Part shown: positions 21,058 to 29,035 of the stretch, piece by piece
Numbering within the stretch: position 1 is the stretch's first letter
How the letters are laid out: each line of letters begins with the position of its first letter
NCBI GenBank assembly: GCA_017853715.1
Contig: JAFMIZ010000006.1
Span: forward strand, 1-57,570
DNA: 57,570 nucleotides
DNA from: Pedosphaera sp.
GTDB taxonomy: Bacteria > Verrucomicrobiota > Verrucomicrobiia > Limisphaerales > DSYF01
Reading direction: 5' to 3'
Notes under the pieces: generated by a model
Seen by the model: the letters and a program-made list of their open reading frames with translations, nothing else
What the model was told of the DNA's origin: nothing
Databases searched by the model: none
Translations under genes and position numbers: made by a program

Positions 21058-21936
21058 ATGAATTCAATGACGGGCCATGGGCGCGGTGAGTGCTCCCAAG
21101 ACGGCTTCAAAATCACAGTCGAACTGAGCTCGGTAAACCGCAAGCAGGCCGAGGTGTCGGTCAACCTGCCACGCCAACTCGAACTCCTTGAGGGCCAGGT
21201 GCGCGATGCCGTCAACAAAGCTGTCGCCCGTGGACGGATCAACGCACGAGTGTCCATCCACGCCGCCGGTCGCAATGCCGCGAGCATGCATTTGAACAGC
21301 GACCTCGCCCGCGCCTACGCCAAGGAACTATCCGCCCTCGCCAAACAGCTAAAACTCAAGTGTGAAGTCACCCTTGATCAACTTGTCCGTGCCCCCGGCG
21401 TGTTCCAAACCGATGAGGAACTTGTCGGCGAAGAAGATTTCTGGCCGGCCGTGGAGTCCGCCCTGAACAAGGCGCTCGCCGCGCTCCTAAAAATGCGCGC
21501 GCGCGAAGGCGCTCACCTCGCCAAAGATCTCGCCAACCGCATCGCACTGATGCGCACCTCAGTTGATAGCGTGCGGGAACAGGCGCCGAAAGTTGCAGAG
21601 CGTTATCGGACCGCCCTGGTCGAGCGCATCAAGTCCGCCGGCTTAGAAGGCATCGCGCCTGATGACGAACGCCTGCTCAAGGAAGTCGCAATCTTTGCCG
21701 ACCGCTCCGATATTTCGGAGGAACTGACCCGCCTCGCCAGTCATTTCCATCAGTTTGAAGAATTGGCGAGGGCCAAGGAGCCTATCGGCCGCACGCTGGA
21801 TTTCCTGGCGCAGGAAATCAACCGCGAGATCAACACCATCGGCTCGAAGGCAAACGATGTGGAAATCTCCCGCGCCGTCGTGACGCTCAAGGCGGAGCTG
21901 GAAAAGTTCCGCGAACAATCCATGAACGTGGAGTAG
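21058..21936 (+). CDS. yicC: YicC/YloC family endoribonuclease
   Basis: MNSMTGHG, SVN.K, DISEEL.RL..H, GRTLDFLAQEINREINTIGSKAN, EQSMNVE. Confidence 0.95.
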   Translation: MNSMTGHGRGECSQDGFKITVELSSVNRKQAEVSVNLPRQLELLEGQVRDAVNKAVARGRINARVSIHAAGRNAASMHLNSDLARAYAKELSALAKQLKLKCEVTLDQLVRAPGVFQTDEELVGEEDFWPAVESALNKALAALLKMRAREGAHLAKDLANRIALMRTSVDSVREQAPKVAERYRTALVERIKSAGLEGIAPDDERLLKEVAIFADRSDISEELTRLASHFHQFEELARAKEPIGRTLDFLAQEINREINTIGSKANDVEISRAVVTLKAELEKFREQSMNVE

Positions 21937-21938
21937 GC

Positions 21939-22559
21939 ATGGCGAGAAAACGCATCCCCCTGTTACTGCTAATCTCGGCCCCCTCGGGCGCGGGCAAGAC
22001 CACGCTCGTGCATCAGTTGCTGGCCGCGCGGCCGGACATGAAGCGCGCCGTGACCTGCACCACGCGCGCGCCACGGACCGGCGAGAAAGATGGCGTGGAC
22101 TATTATTTTCTGACCGAGGACCGATTCGCCAAGCTGCTACGCGCCGGCAAATTCATCGAACACGCGAAGGTGTATGGCTTCAGCTACGGGCTGCTGCGTG
22201 CTGAGGTCATCAAGAAGCTGCGCGCGGGCACCGACGTGCTGGTGAACGTGGATGTCCAGGGAGCCGCGACGATCCGTACCAGGGCGGCGAAAGACCCGGA
22301 ACTCAAGCGCGCCCTGGCCACGTTGTTCCTCACGCCGCCCTCGATGGAAGTACTGCAGAAGCGTCTGCGGCACCGCGGGACAGATTCGGACAAGGTCATC
22401 GCGCGGCGGTTGCGGGCGGCGAAACGCGAGATCAGGCAGTGGGGACAGTTTGATTATCTGGTCATCAGCGATACGATAGAAGCGGACCTGCGAAGCGCGC
22501 TGGCCATCGTGGAAGCGGAAAAGCAGCGTAGCAGCCGCTGTCCGGCCCCGGCACAATAA
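21939..22559 (+). CDS. gmk: Guanylate kinase
   Basis: SAPSGAGKTT, TTRAPRTGEKDGVDYYF, DVQGA. Confidence 0.96.
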   Translation: MARKRIPLLLLISAPSGAGKTTLVHQLLAARPDMKRAVTCTTRAPRTGEKDGVDYYFLTEDRFAKLLRAGKFIEHAKVYGFSYGLLRAEVIKKLRAGTDVLVNVDVQGAATIRTRAAKDPELKRALATLFLTPPSMEVLQKRLRHRGTDSDKVIARRLRAAKREIRQWGQFDYLVISDTIEADLRSALAIVEAEKQRSSRCPAPAQ

Positions 22560-22565
22560 GGAACC

Positions 22566-23117
22566 ATGAGCACAGCGAAACGAATCGTTCTCGGCGTCAC
22601 CGGCAGCATCGCGGCGCACAAGGCGGCAGACCTGGCAAGCCAGCTGACCAAGGGCGGATTCTCCGTGCATGTCGTGATGACTTGCGACGCGCAGCGCTTC
22701 ATCACTTCCCTGCCCTTCAAAACTCTCTCGCGCAACCCGGTCATCACCGACCTCTACGACGAGGCAGACGGCTGGAAGCCGCAGCACATCGAACTTGCCG
22801 ACTCGGCGGACTTGCTGCTGATCGCGCCGGCCACGGCCAATTGCATCGCCAAGTTAGCTTTGGGCATCGCCGATGATGCGCTGAGTTGCATCGCGCTGGC
22901 GCTGAACCCAACGGCGCGAGTGCTGATCGCCCCTGCCATGAACGGCAAGATGTGGCTGCACCCGGCCACACAGTTGAACGCGAACACGCTCCGTGGTCGC
23001 GGCGTTGAATTCATTGGGCCGGAGGAAGGATTGTTATCCTGCGGTTACGAGGGCGTGGGCCGGTTGTGGTCGGTGGACCAGATCGCGCGACGCGTGGGCG
23101 AGTTGGTCACGAGGTAA
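22566..23117 (+). CDS. coaC: Phosphopantothenoylcysteine decarboxylase (stand-alone CoaC flavoprotein)
   Basis: GVTGSIAAHKA, HIELA, APATAN, APAMNGKM, LSCGYEGVGRL; no CoaB domain. Confidence 0.9.
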   Translation: MSTAKRIVLGVTGSIAAHKAADLASQLTKGGFSVHVVMTCDAQRFITSLPFKTLSRNPVITDLYDEADGWKPQHIELADSADLLLIAPATANCIAKLALGIADDALSCIALALNPTARVLIAPAMNGKMWLHPATQLNANTLRGRGVEFIGPEEGLLSCGYEGVGRLWSVDQIARRVGELVTR

Positions 23118-23141
23118 CCGGCCCAGTGCCGGCTTCTGGTC

Positions 23142-24620
23142 ATGACTGCGAACCTGACGACCCGGCTGAAACAACTGCTCCGCTCGTTGGAATTGCCCGC
23201 GCCTGAAGTCGCTCTACGGCTCGAACGGCTTCAGTCGATCGAGCGCAATCTGGTCCTGCCGCTCAAAGCCTTTGCCATCGGCATCATCCTTTACTCGCTG
23301 CATCTTACGCCGTGGTTCGGCATGCCGCTCGGGTCGTTGGAAATCACCGTCACCACGATCAACACGCTGTTCGCCGCGTATGTGGCAATCAACATCGTCG
23401 GCGCAATCATCCTGCTTTCGTCGAATCGTCTCCCTTTCACGCTGGTGCAGTGGGCCGTCTTTGCCATCAGTCTGGTGGATGCGATATTCATCGGGGCACT
23501 GACCTTGGTCAGTGGCGGCTATTATAGCCCGCTGTTCTGGCTGTTTGCAGTGATGATCGTGCGGAATTCGGCCAGCACGCCGCCACTTTGGTCGCAATTG
23601 ACGCTAAACCTCTGCGTGACCGCGTGCTTCGCCGCTGCGAGCCTGGTGGCAGCAGGATTGGATGCGCAGGTTCAAGAGGAACTTTACGGCCGTCCACCGC
23701 CGCAAAAGCGCCACACAACCAACGTGGTTGATCATGCGATTGATCCCGCAGGCAGCGGATCGGTTGTTGCAAGAACGACCACTCATCAAGACACGGTCGA
23801 GGAGGATCCGGCCGAAGCCATTTTTATCCGCTGGCTGACGCTGGCTCTGGCGGCCGTGTGGTTGTATGTCGTGCAAGTGTTGCTGGAGAAGCAGCGCCTG
23901 GCCCAGGAAGAAGCGCGCGAGTTCAGCTTGCGGGAGAATCAGCTCCGCTCCGCCGGCCGACTGGCCGCTGAATTCGCCCACCAAATCAAGAATCCACTCG
24001 CGATCGTCAACAACGCCGTCTTTTCACTTGGGCGATCACTTAAGTCGGGCAAGGGTGATCCGCAGGCGCACCTTCGAATCATTGGCGAGGAGGTGGAGCG
24101 TGCCGACCAGATCATCACCCAGGTCATGGGGTATGCCGAACTAACCGAGGGCCGGGTGGAGAAGTTGGACTTGGTGGAGGAGGTAGATCGCGCCACTGAG
24201 GCCGTTTTTCCCAAGGGGCTCAAGCCCGCGGTTCAAGTCACAGTAGACCTGAAGGGGCCGTTTCCGCCAATTTTGATGCAACGCCGCCACTTGTCCGAGG
24301 TGTTTGTGAACCTGTTCCAGAATGCCCGCGAGGCGATGAACAATGCTGGCAGTCTGCACGTCAAGGGAGTGGTGCGTTCTGACCTGGCCGTGCAACTCAT
24401 CGTGGCCGATACCGGGCCGGGCATTCCGCCGGACAAATTGCCCCGGATTTTCGAAGCCTATTTCACCACCAAGCAACGCGGGACCGGACTGGGGCTGGCC
24501 ATCGTGCGCAACAACATGGAGCTTTACGGGGGCACGGTCAGCGCCGAGTCGGAGCTTGGAAAGGGCACGCGCTTCACCCTAGTATTTCCGGCGAAAGCCG
24601 TGCCGCAACTGCGCCCATGA
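23142..24620 (+). CDS. Membrane-bound sensor histidine kinase
   Basis: Multiple TMs, H-box AHQIKNPL, N-box NLFQNA, DTGPGI, FTTK..GTGLGL. Confidence 0.92.
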   Translation: MTANLTTRLKQLLRSLELPAPEVALRLERLQSIERNLVLPLKAFAIGIILYSLHLTPWFGMPLGSLEITVTTINTLFAAYVAINIVGAIILLSSNRLPFTLVQWAVFAISLVDAIFIGALTLVSGGYYSPLFWLFAVMIVRNSASTPPLWSQLTLNLCVTACFAAASLVAAGLDAQVQEELYGRPPPQKRHTTNVVDHAIDPAGSGSVVARTTTHQDTVEEDPAEAIFIRWLTLALAAVWLYVVQVLLEKQRLAQEEAREFSLRENQLRSAGRLAAEFAHQIKNPLAIVNNAVFSLGRSLKSGKGDPQAHLRIIGEEVERADQIITQVMGYAELTEGRVEKLDLVEEVDRATEAVFPKGLKPAVQVTVDLKGPFPPILMQRRHLSEVFVNLFQNAREAMNNAGSLHVKGVVRSDLAVQLIVADTGPGIPPDKLPRIFEAYFTTKQRGTGLGLAIVRNNMELYGGTVSAESELGKGTRFTLVFPAKAVPQLRP

Positions 24621-26035
24621 ATTCGATTCTGCCACCCATCCTCGTCGTGGATGACGAGCGCAACATGCGCCAGACGCTTATGGATCTGTTGACGGCAGAC
24701 GATTACAAGGTGCGAACGGCGGAGTCGGCGGAGCAGGCGCTGCAACATCTCGCTCAGGGCGAGCACCTGATGGTCATCACCGACGCCCGGCTGGGCGGGA
24801 TGAATGGCTACGAATTGCTGGGCCGCATCAACAATCTCTGGCCCAACCTGCCAACACTGATGATCACGGCTTATGCCACGCCGAAGTTGGCGGTGGAGGC
24901 CATCAAAGCAGGTGCGATGGATTACCTGCCCAAACCATTTGGTCCGGAGGAGTTACTGCATGCCGTGGCCCGCTGCGCGGAGCGGCACCGGCTTCTGAAA
25001 GAAAACGCCTCACTGCGGGCGCGCGCCTCTGAGATCCACACCATCGACCACATCATCGGCGAATGTCCAAAAGTTCGTGAGCTGCGGCAGCTGATACAGA
25101 CGGTCGCAAAAACCGATGCTCGCGTACTGGTGTTGGGTGAAAGCGGCACGGGCAAGGAGCTTGTCGCGGGCGCCCTTCACAGCCTGAGCGCACGCCACAA
25201 GAAGCCCTACATCCGCATCAATTGTGCAGCCATCCCGGAAACGTTGTTGGAGAGTGAATTGTTCGGCCACGAAAAGGGCGCGTTCACTGGCGCACTGAAG
25301 CAAAAACATGGCCGCGTGGAGGAAGCCGATGGCGGCACCATCTTCCTGGACGAAATCGCCGACATGAGCCGCCCCCTGCAGGCGAAGCTGCTACGGTTCC
25401 TCGAAGACGGCAGCTTTACCCGCGTGGGCGGCACGCAGGAGCTGCGCGTCAATGTCCGTTTGATCGCTGCCACGAACCGCGACATCGTGGACGCCATCCG
25501 TAGAGAGGAGTTCCGCGAAGACCTATTTCACCGATTGAACGTGGTGCAATTCCGCCTGCCGCCACTCCGCGAGCGCGGCAACGACATCGCGCTGCTGGCG
25601 GAACATTTCCGGCAACACTTTGCGACGACGATGAACCGGCGGGTGAAAAGCATTTCCAGGCCGACGCTTAACAAGCTACTCACGCATGCATGGCCGGGCA
25701 ACGTGCGCGAGCTGCGGAATGTGATTGAGCGGGCGTTGATTCTCGAGACGAACAACGAGGTCCAGCCGCCCAGCCTGCCTGACTTCCAATTGGAGTCACG
25801 CCTGCAGCATAGCGAGACGCCCAAGCCGGCGGGCGATTCGCTGGACGAAATTCTCGCCAACTTTGAGCGTGAATTGATCTCCAACACGCTCGAGCGTAAC
25901 CAGCACAATGTGACGCGCGCGGCGGAGCAGTTGAAACTGAGCCGCCATGCCCTGCGGTATCGGATGCAACGGTTGAATCTTGCTGATGATTCCACCGACG
26001 AAGCCACAGCGCCCGCCGCACCCGCCTCCAGCTAA
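24617..26035 (+). CDS. Sigma54-dependent response regulator (NtrC family)
   Basis: REC (VVDDE, ITD, KPF), GESGTGKE, GAFTGA, WPGNVREL, Fis-type HTH; ATGA overlap with the kinase. Confidence 0.95.
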   Translation: MNSILPPILVVDDERNMRQTLMDLLTADDYKVRTAESAEQALQHLAQGEHLMVITDARLGGMNGYELLGRINNLWPNLPTLMITAYATPKLAVEAIKAGAMDYLPKPFGPEELLHAVARCAERHRLLKENASLRARASEIHTIDHIIGECPKVRELRQLIQTVAKTDARVLVLGESGTGKELVAGALHSLSARHKKPYIRINCAAIPETLLESELFGHEKGAFTGALKQKHGRVEEADGGTIFLDEIADMSRPLQAKLLRFLEDGSFTRVGGTQELRVNVRLIAATNRDIVDAIRREEFREDLFHRLNVVQFRLPPLRERGNDIALLAEHFRQHFATTMNRRVKSISRPTLNKLLTHAWPGNVRELRNVIERALILETNNEVQPPSLPDFQLESRLQHSETPKPAGDSLDEILANFERELISNTLERNQHNVTRAAEQLKLSRHALRYRMQRLNLADDSTDEATAPAAPASS

Positions 26036-26041
26036 CGAAAC

Positions 26042-26398
26042 ATGAACACCGCTCCGCTCCAGATTGGTTCCTGCGTCAGCTTCGCGATGACCGAGGAGGT
26101 CCAGGTCCGGCTGGTTTATGCGGGCACGTTAGTCGCCGTGGTGTTCGGATGCGCCTTGATTGCATGGCTGGTGGCACGCCGTAAAAGGAAGCGCAAAAAG
26201 AAACAGCCGCATCGCTGGGAGGGGAAATTCCAGCCTGAAGCACATCATTCGCACAAACACCGTCACAAGACGCGCACGGAGCGAACGCAGAATCCCACCC
26301 TCGCCGAAACCGGCGGTCTGCCACCGTGCAAAACCACCAGCGCACCTTCGTCCCAGCCAGACACAGGTGAACTCAGCAGCAAGGACGACTCTGCTTGA
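26042..26398 (+). CDS. Hypothetical single-pass membrane protein with basic/His-rich cytoplasmic tail
   Basis: TM helix followed by RRKRKRKKK; fills the operon gap and overlaps the hpnD start. Confidence 0.65.
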   Translation: MNTAPLQIGSCVSFAMTEEVQVRLVYAGTLVAVVFGCALIAWLVARRKRKRKKKQPHRWEGKFQPEAHHSHKHRHKTRTERTQNPTLAETGGLPPCKTTSAPSSQPDTGELSSKDDSA

Positions 26399-27270
26399 GC
26401 ATTGAGCACAGCCAGTCCATCACGGAGCGTAGCGCATCGAATCTGGCGCTGGCATTCATCATGTTGCCGCGCGCGAAGCGCGAGGCCATGTCTGCACTCT
26501 ACGCGTTCTGCCGTGAGGTGGACGATGTGGCCGATGAGGAAACACGCTCCATCGAGCAGCGTCGAATCTCCCTGGCCGCCTGGCGCGGGGACATCCGGCG
26601 CGCTTGCGAGGGCGACAACCCTGAATTCACCACCAACCGCGAGATCCAACCCATCATCCAACGCCACCAACTTTCGTTCGAGCTGTTCGATGAATTGATT
26701 CGCGGCTGTGAGATGGATCTCGATACCACTCGGTACGAGAGTTATGAGGCGCTGGAGCTGTATTGTTACCGGGTGGCTTCCGTAGTGGGACTGTTGAGCA
26801 TTGAAATCTTCGGTTACCGCGAACCAGCCACCCGCGCCTACGCCATCGCCCTCGGCAAAGCGCTTCAATTTACGAACATCCTCCGCGACGTGGGTAACGA
26901 TGCCGCGCGGGGGCGGATTTACCTGCCGCAAGCGGAGCTTGCGCGCTTCTCGGTGTCGCCGGAGGACATCCTTCAAGGGCGTTACTCGGAGAGCTTCGCC
27001 GCCATGGCGAAGGCATTTGCGCAGCGGGCGAAAGATTTCTACGAATCGGCACGCAATACCCTACCTGCCGCGGATCGTTCCAACATGGTGGCCGCGGAAT
27101 TGATGGGTTCGGTGTATTGGGAGCTGCTGCTGAAGCTGGAACGCGAGGAATTCCGCGTGCTCCGACGCGAACCAATCCGCCTGAGCAAACCCCACAAGCT
27201 TGCGCTCATCGCCCGTAGCTGGCTGAGATTTGTGATGCGGTCGAGGGCACCTGCTTACGGTGTCGCCTGA
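26395..27270 (+). CDS. hpnD: Presqualene diphosphate synthase HpnD / squalene-phytoene synthase family
   Basis: LYAFCREVDDVAD, YCYRVASVVG, QFTNILRDVGNDA.RGRIYLP. Confidence 0.82.
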   Translation: MSIEHSQSITERSASNLALAFIMLPRAKREAMSALYAFCREVDDVADEETRSIEQRRISLAAWRGDIRRACEGDNPEFTTNREIQPIIQRHQLSFELFDELIRGCEMDLDTTRYESYEALELYCYRVASVVGLLSIEIFGYREPATRAYAIALGKALQFTNILRDVGNDAARGRIYLPQAELARFSVSPEDILQGRYSESFAAMAKAFAQRAKDFYESARNTLPAADRSNMVAAELMGSVYWELLLKLEREEFRVLRREPIRLSKPHKLALIARSWLRFVMRSRAPAYGVA

Positions 27271-27938
27271 AGTGAGTCACGCACCAACTCGTCAAGCAAG
27301 CTTCCCAACCGCTTCGCACAAGCGTCCAGTTCACGCTGAAAGCGAACGAGCTTGGGAATTGTTGCCGGTGAACCAAGCAAGACCAATGACAGGCGCGAGT
27401 AGCTGATATTGCCATCCGTTTTGGCCAGCGCGTTGAAATCAATCGGCAGATCAGTCACGGCATCATCGGAGATGACCCGAAGGGTAGCCGCCGGAATCCC
27501 CTGCTCATGGCAGCGCAGACGAATGATGCCGGACTCCATCTCCACCACGTCAGCACCCGTCTGCAGGCGCAACTGTCGCTTGTCGTCAGCGGTAACGGCG
27601 ATGCGGTCAGAGCAATGAAACTTCGCCGGGCGAGCACCCAATCGTTGCAACGGAATCGTCAACCACTCTGCATCGGTCGCGTCGAATACAATATCGCCCC
27701 GGTGCAGTTCGGGGTTGAGACCGCCTGCGAACCCACAGGTCAACACGAGCGCTGGCCTTTGGCGGGCGAGCGCGGATTGAAGAGATTGCTCCGCGTTGCG
27801 CGAACCGATCCCCGTGATGAGCACCGGATTTGAAGTCGCTGGTTGAAAATACCCCGCCTCTTGGCGCACGGCAAAGCAGGTCAGGATTAGGGGGGCATAC
27901 CCCGGTCCCGCGTTCTGCGCTCCGCGTTCGACGTTCAT
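27255..27938 (-). CDS. Nucleoside phosphorylase-like protein (HpnG-like)
   Basis: TGIG, TCGFAGGL, VEMES, LRVISD; start 27938 overlaps the upstream stop (ATGA); adjacent to hpnD. Confidence 0.78.
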   Translation of the reverse strand: MNVERGAQNAGPGYAPLILTCFAVRQEAGYFQPATSNPVLITGIGSRNAEQSLQSALARQRPALVLTCGFAGGLNPELHRGDIVFDATDAEWLTIPLQRLGARPAKFHCSDRIAVTADDKRQLRLQTGADVVEMESGIIRLRCHEQGIPAATLRVISDDAVTDLPIDFNALAKTDGNISYSRLSLVLLGSPATIPKLVRFQRELDACAKRLGSLLDELVRDSLQATP

Positions 27939-28654
27939 TTGATGCCAGCCAGCCGTTCTTTCCAAATGCGGTGCAGTTCGACAGTGGCGCGCACATCACG
28001 CAGGCAATATTCGGCAATCTCCCGGAACCGTCCTTCAGCCATCAACTGGCTGACATCCATGCCAGTCACTCCGTGGCTCTTCGGCGACTCGATGCCAAAG
28101 GCTTTGCAGTAGAAATCCAGATTAAATCGCTTGGCCGCCCCTTCCCGCCCGCTAACGCCGTAGAACGTAAGTTGTTCTGCCAAATCACAGTGCGGCTCGG
28201 TAGCGAAGCGGTATCCGAGCCAATCCTTGCGGGTGATGGGCACGTCGAGCAGCGCAGAGCGCAGATAGAGGAATGGCACATCGAAACCCCGGCCATTGAA
28301 TGTGACGATGGATTGGTAATGCTTGGAAGCATCCCAAAATGCGCTCAATAATTCGGACTCGTCGGCGCAGGGAACAAATTCGACCGGTCCGCCCTCAACC
28401 GCATCCTCCTCATAGTCGTCCGCCAGGAAGACCACCTGCCCGCGTTGGCTTTCCGCATTCAGCATCGCGACACAAACCACTTGGGCAGTGAGGGGCCAGA
28501 GATTGAATTGCCGCGTGATTTCCACGCGCCGGTTCTCGCGCTCCACTTCGTCGGGAATTTTTTGCAGCTCGCGGTAGAGATATTCTTGCTGCGTCTCGTC
28601 AAACGTCTCCACGGGCAGCGCTGACGTTTCGATATCGAACACGAGTGTAGCCAT
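27935..28654 (-). CDS. PolB-like 3'-5' exonuclease (RNase H-like, DEDD)
   Basis: LVFDIET, TFNGRGFDVP, H.DL, YCLRDV. Confidence 0.88.
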   Translation of the reverse strand: MATLVFDIETSALPVETFDETQQEYLYRELQKIPDEVERENRRVEITRQFNLWPLTAQVVCVAMLNAESQRGQVVFLADDYEEDAVEGGPVEFVPCADESELLSAFWDASKHYQSIVTFNGRGFDVPFLYLRSALLDVPITRKDWLGYRFATEPHCDLAEQLTFYGVSGREGAAKRFNLDFYCKAFGIESPKSHGVTGMDVSQLMAEGRFREIAEYCLRDVRATVELHRIWKERLAGIK

Positions 28655-28687
28655 GTGATGTGATGATGCTCGGTCTATAAAAGACAA

Positions 28688-28730
28688 CCAGGATGGGAAA
28701 CTGATCGGAGGATCGAGTCTGCCATCCTGG
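28688..28730 (-). other. Long hairpin downstream of the Lys-rich mini-gene (terminator-like or regulatory)
   Basis: Minus strand CCAGGATGG-cagactc-GATC-CTCC-GATC-agtttc-CCATCCTGG; no clear U tract. Confidence 0.6.
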
Positions 28731-28747
28731 TGCCGTTACTTACCCTG

Positions 28748-28810
28748 TTACTTCTTCTTTGCTCCCTTTTTCTTCGCAACTTTCTTCGCAGCTTTCTTCT
28801 TTGCGGGCAT
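28748..28810 (-). CDS. 20-aa Lys/Ala-rich mini-protein MPAKKKAAKKVAKKKGAKKK
   Basis: ATG at 28810, TAA at 28748-28750, SD GGAGGTGA closely upstream; below the ORF-track length cutoff. Confidence 0.75.
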   Translation of the reverse strand: MPAKKKAAKKVAKKKGAKKK

Positions 28811-29035
28811 GGTCTACTTCACCTCCGATCCTATATGTTTGGGGTTGACGTCCATGAGTTACCGCAACTCACGTGATGTGGCTAGCTGATTTTTCAGAAA
28901 AGTTCAAAGTCTTTTTCGTGTTCATCTCACTGACTCTGCGACCGAACAGTCACACACGACGACGAGAGCAGCGCCTCATCAACACTTCAAACCAATCAAA
29001 TTGACCGCGTGACTTCATCGAATGATGATTCACCC

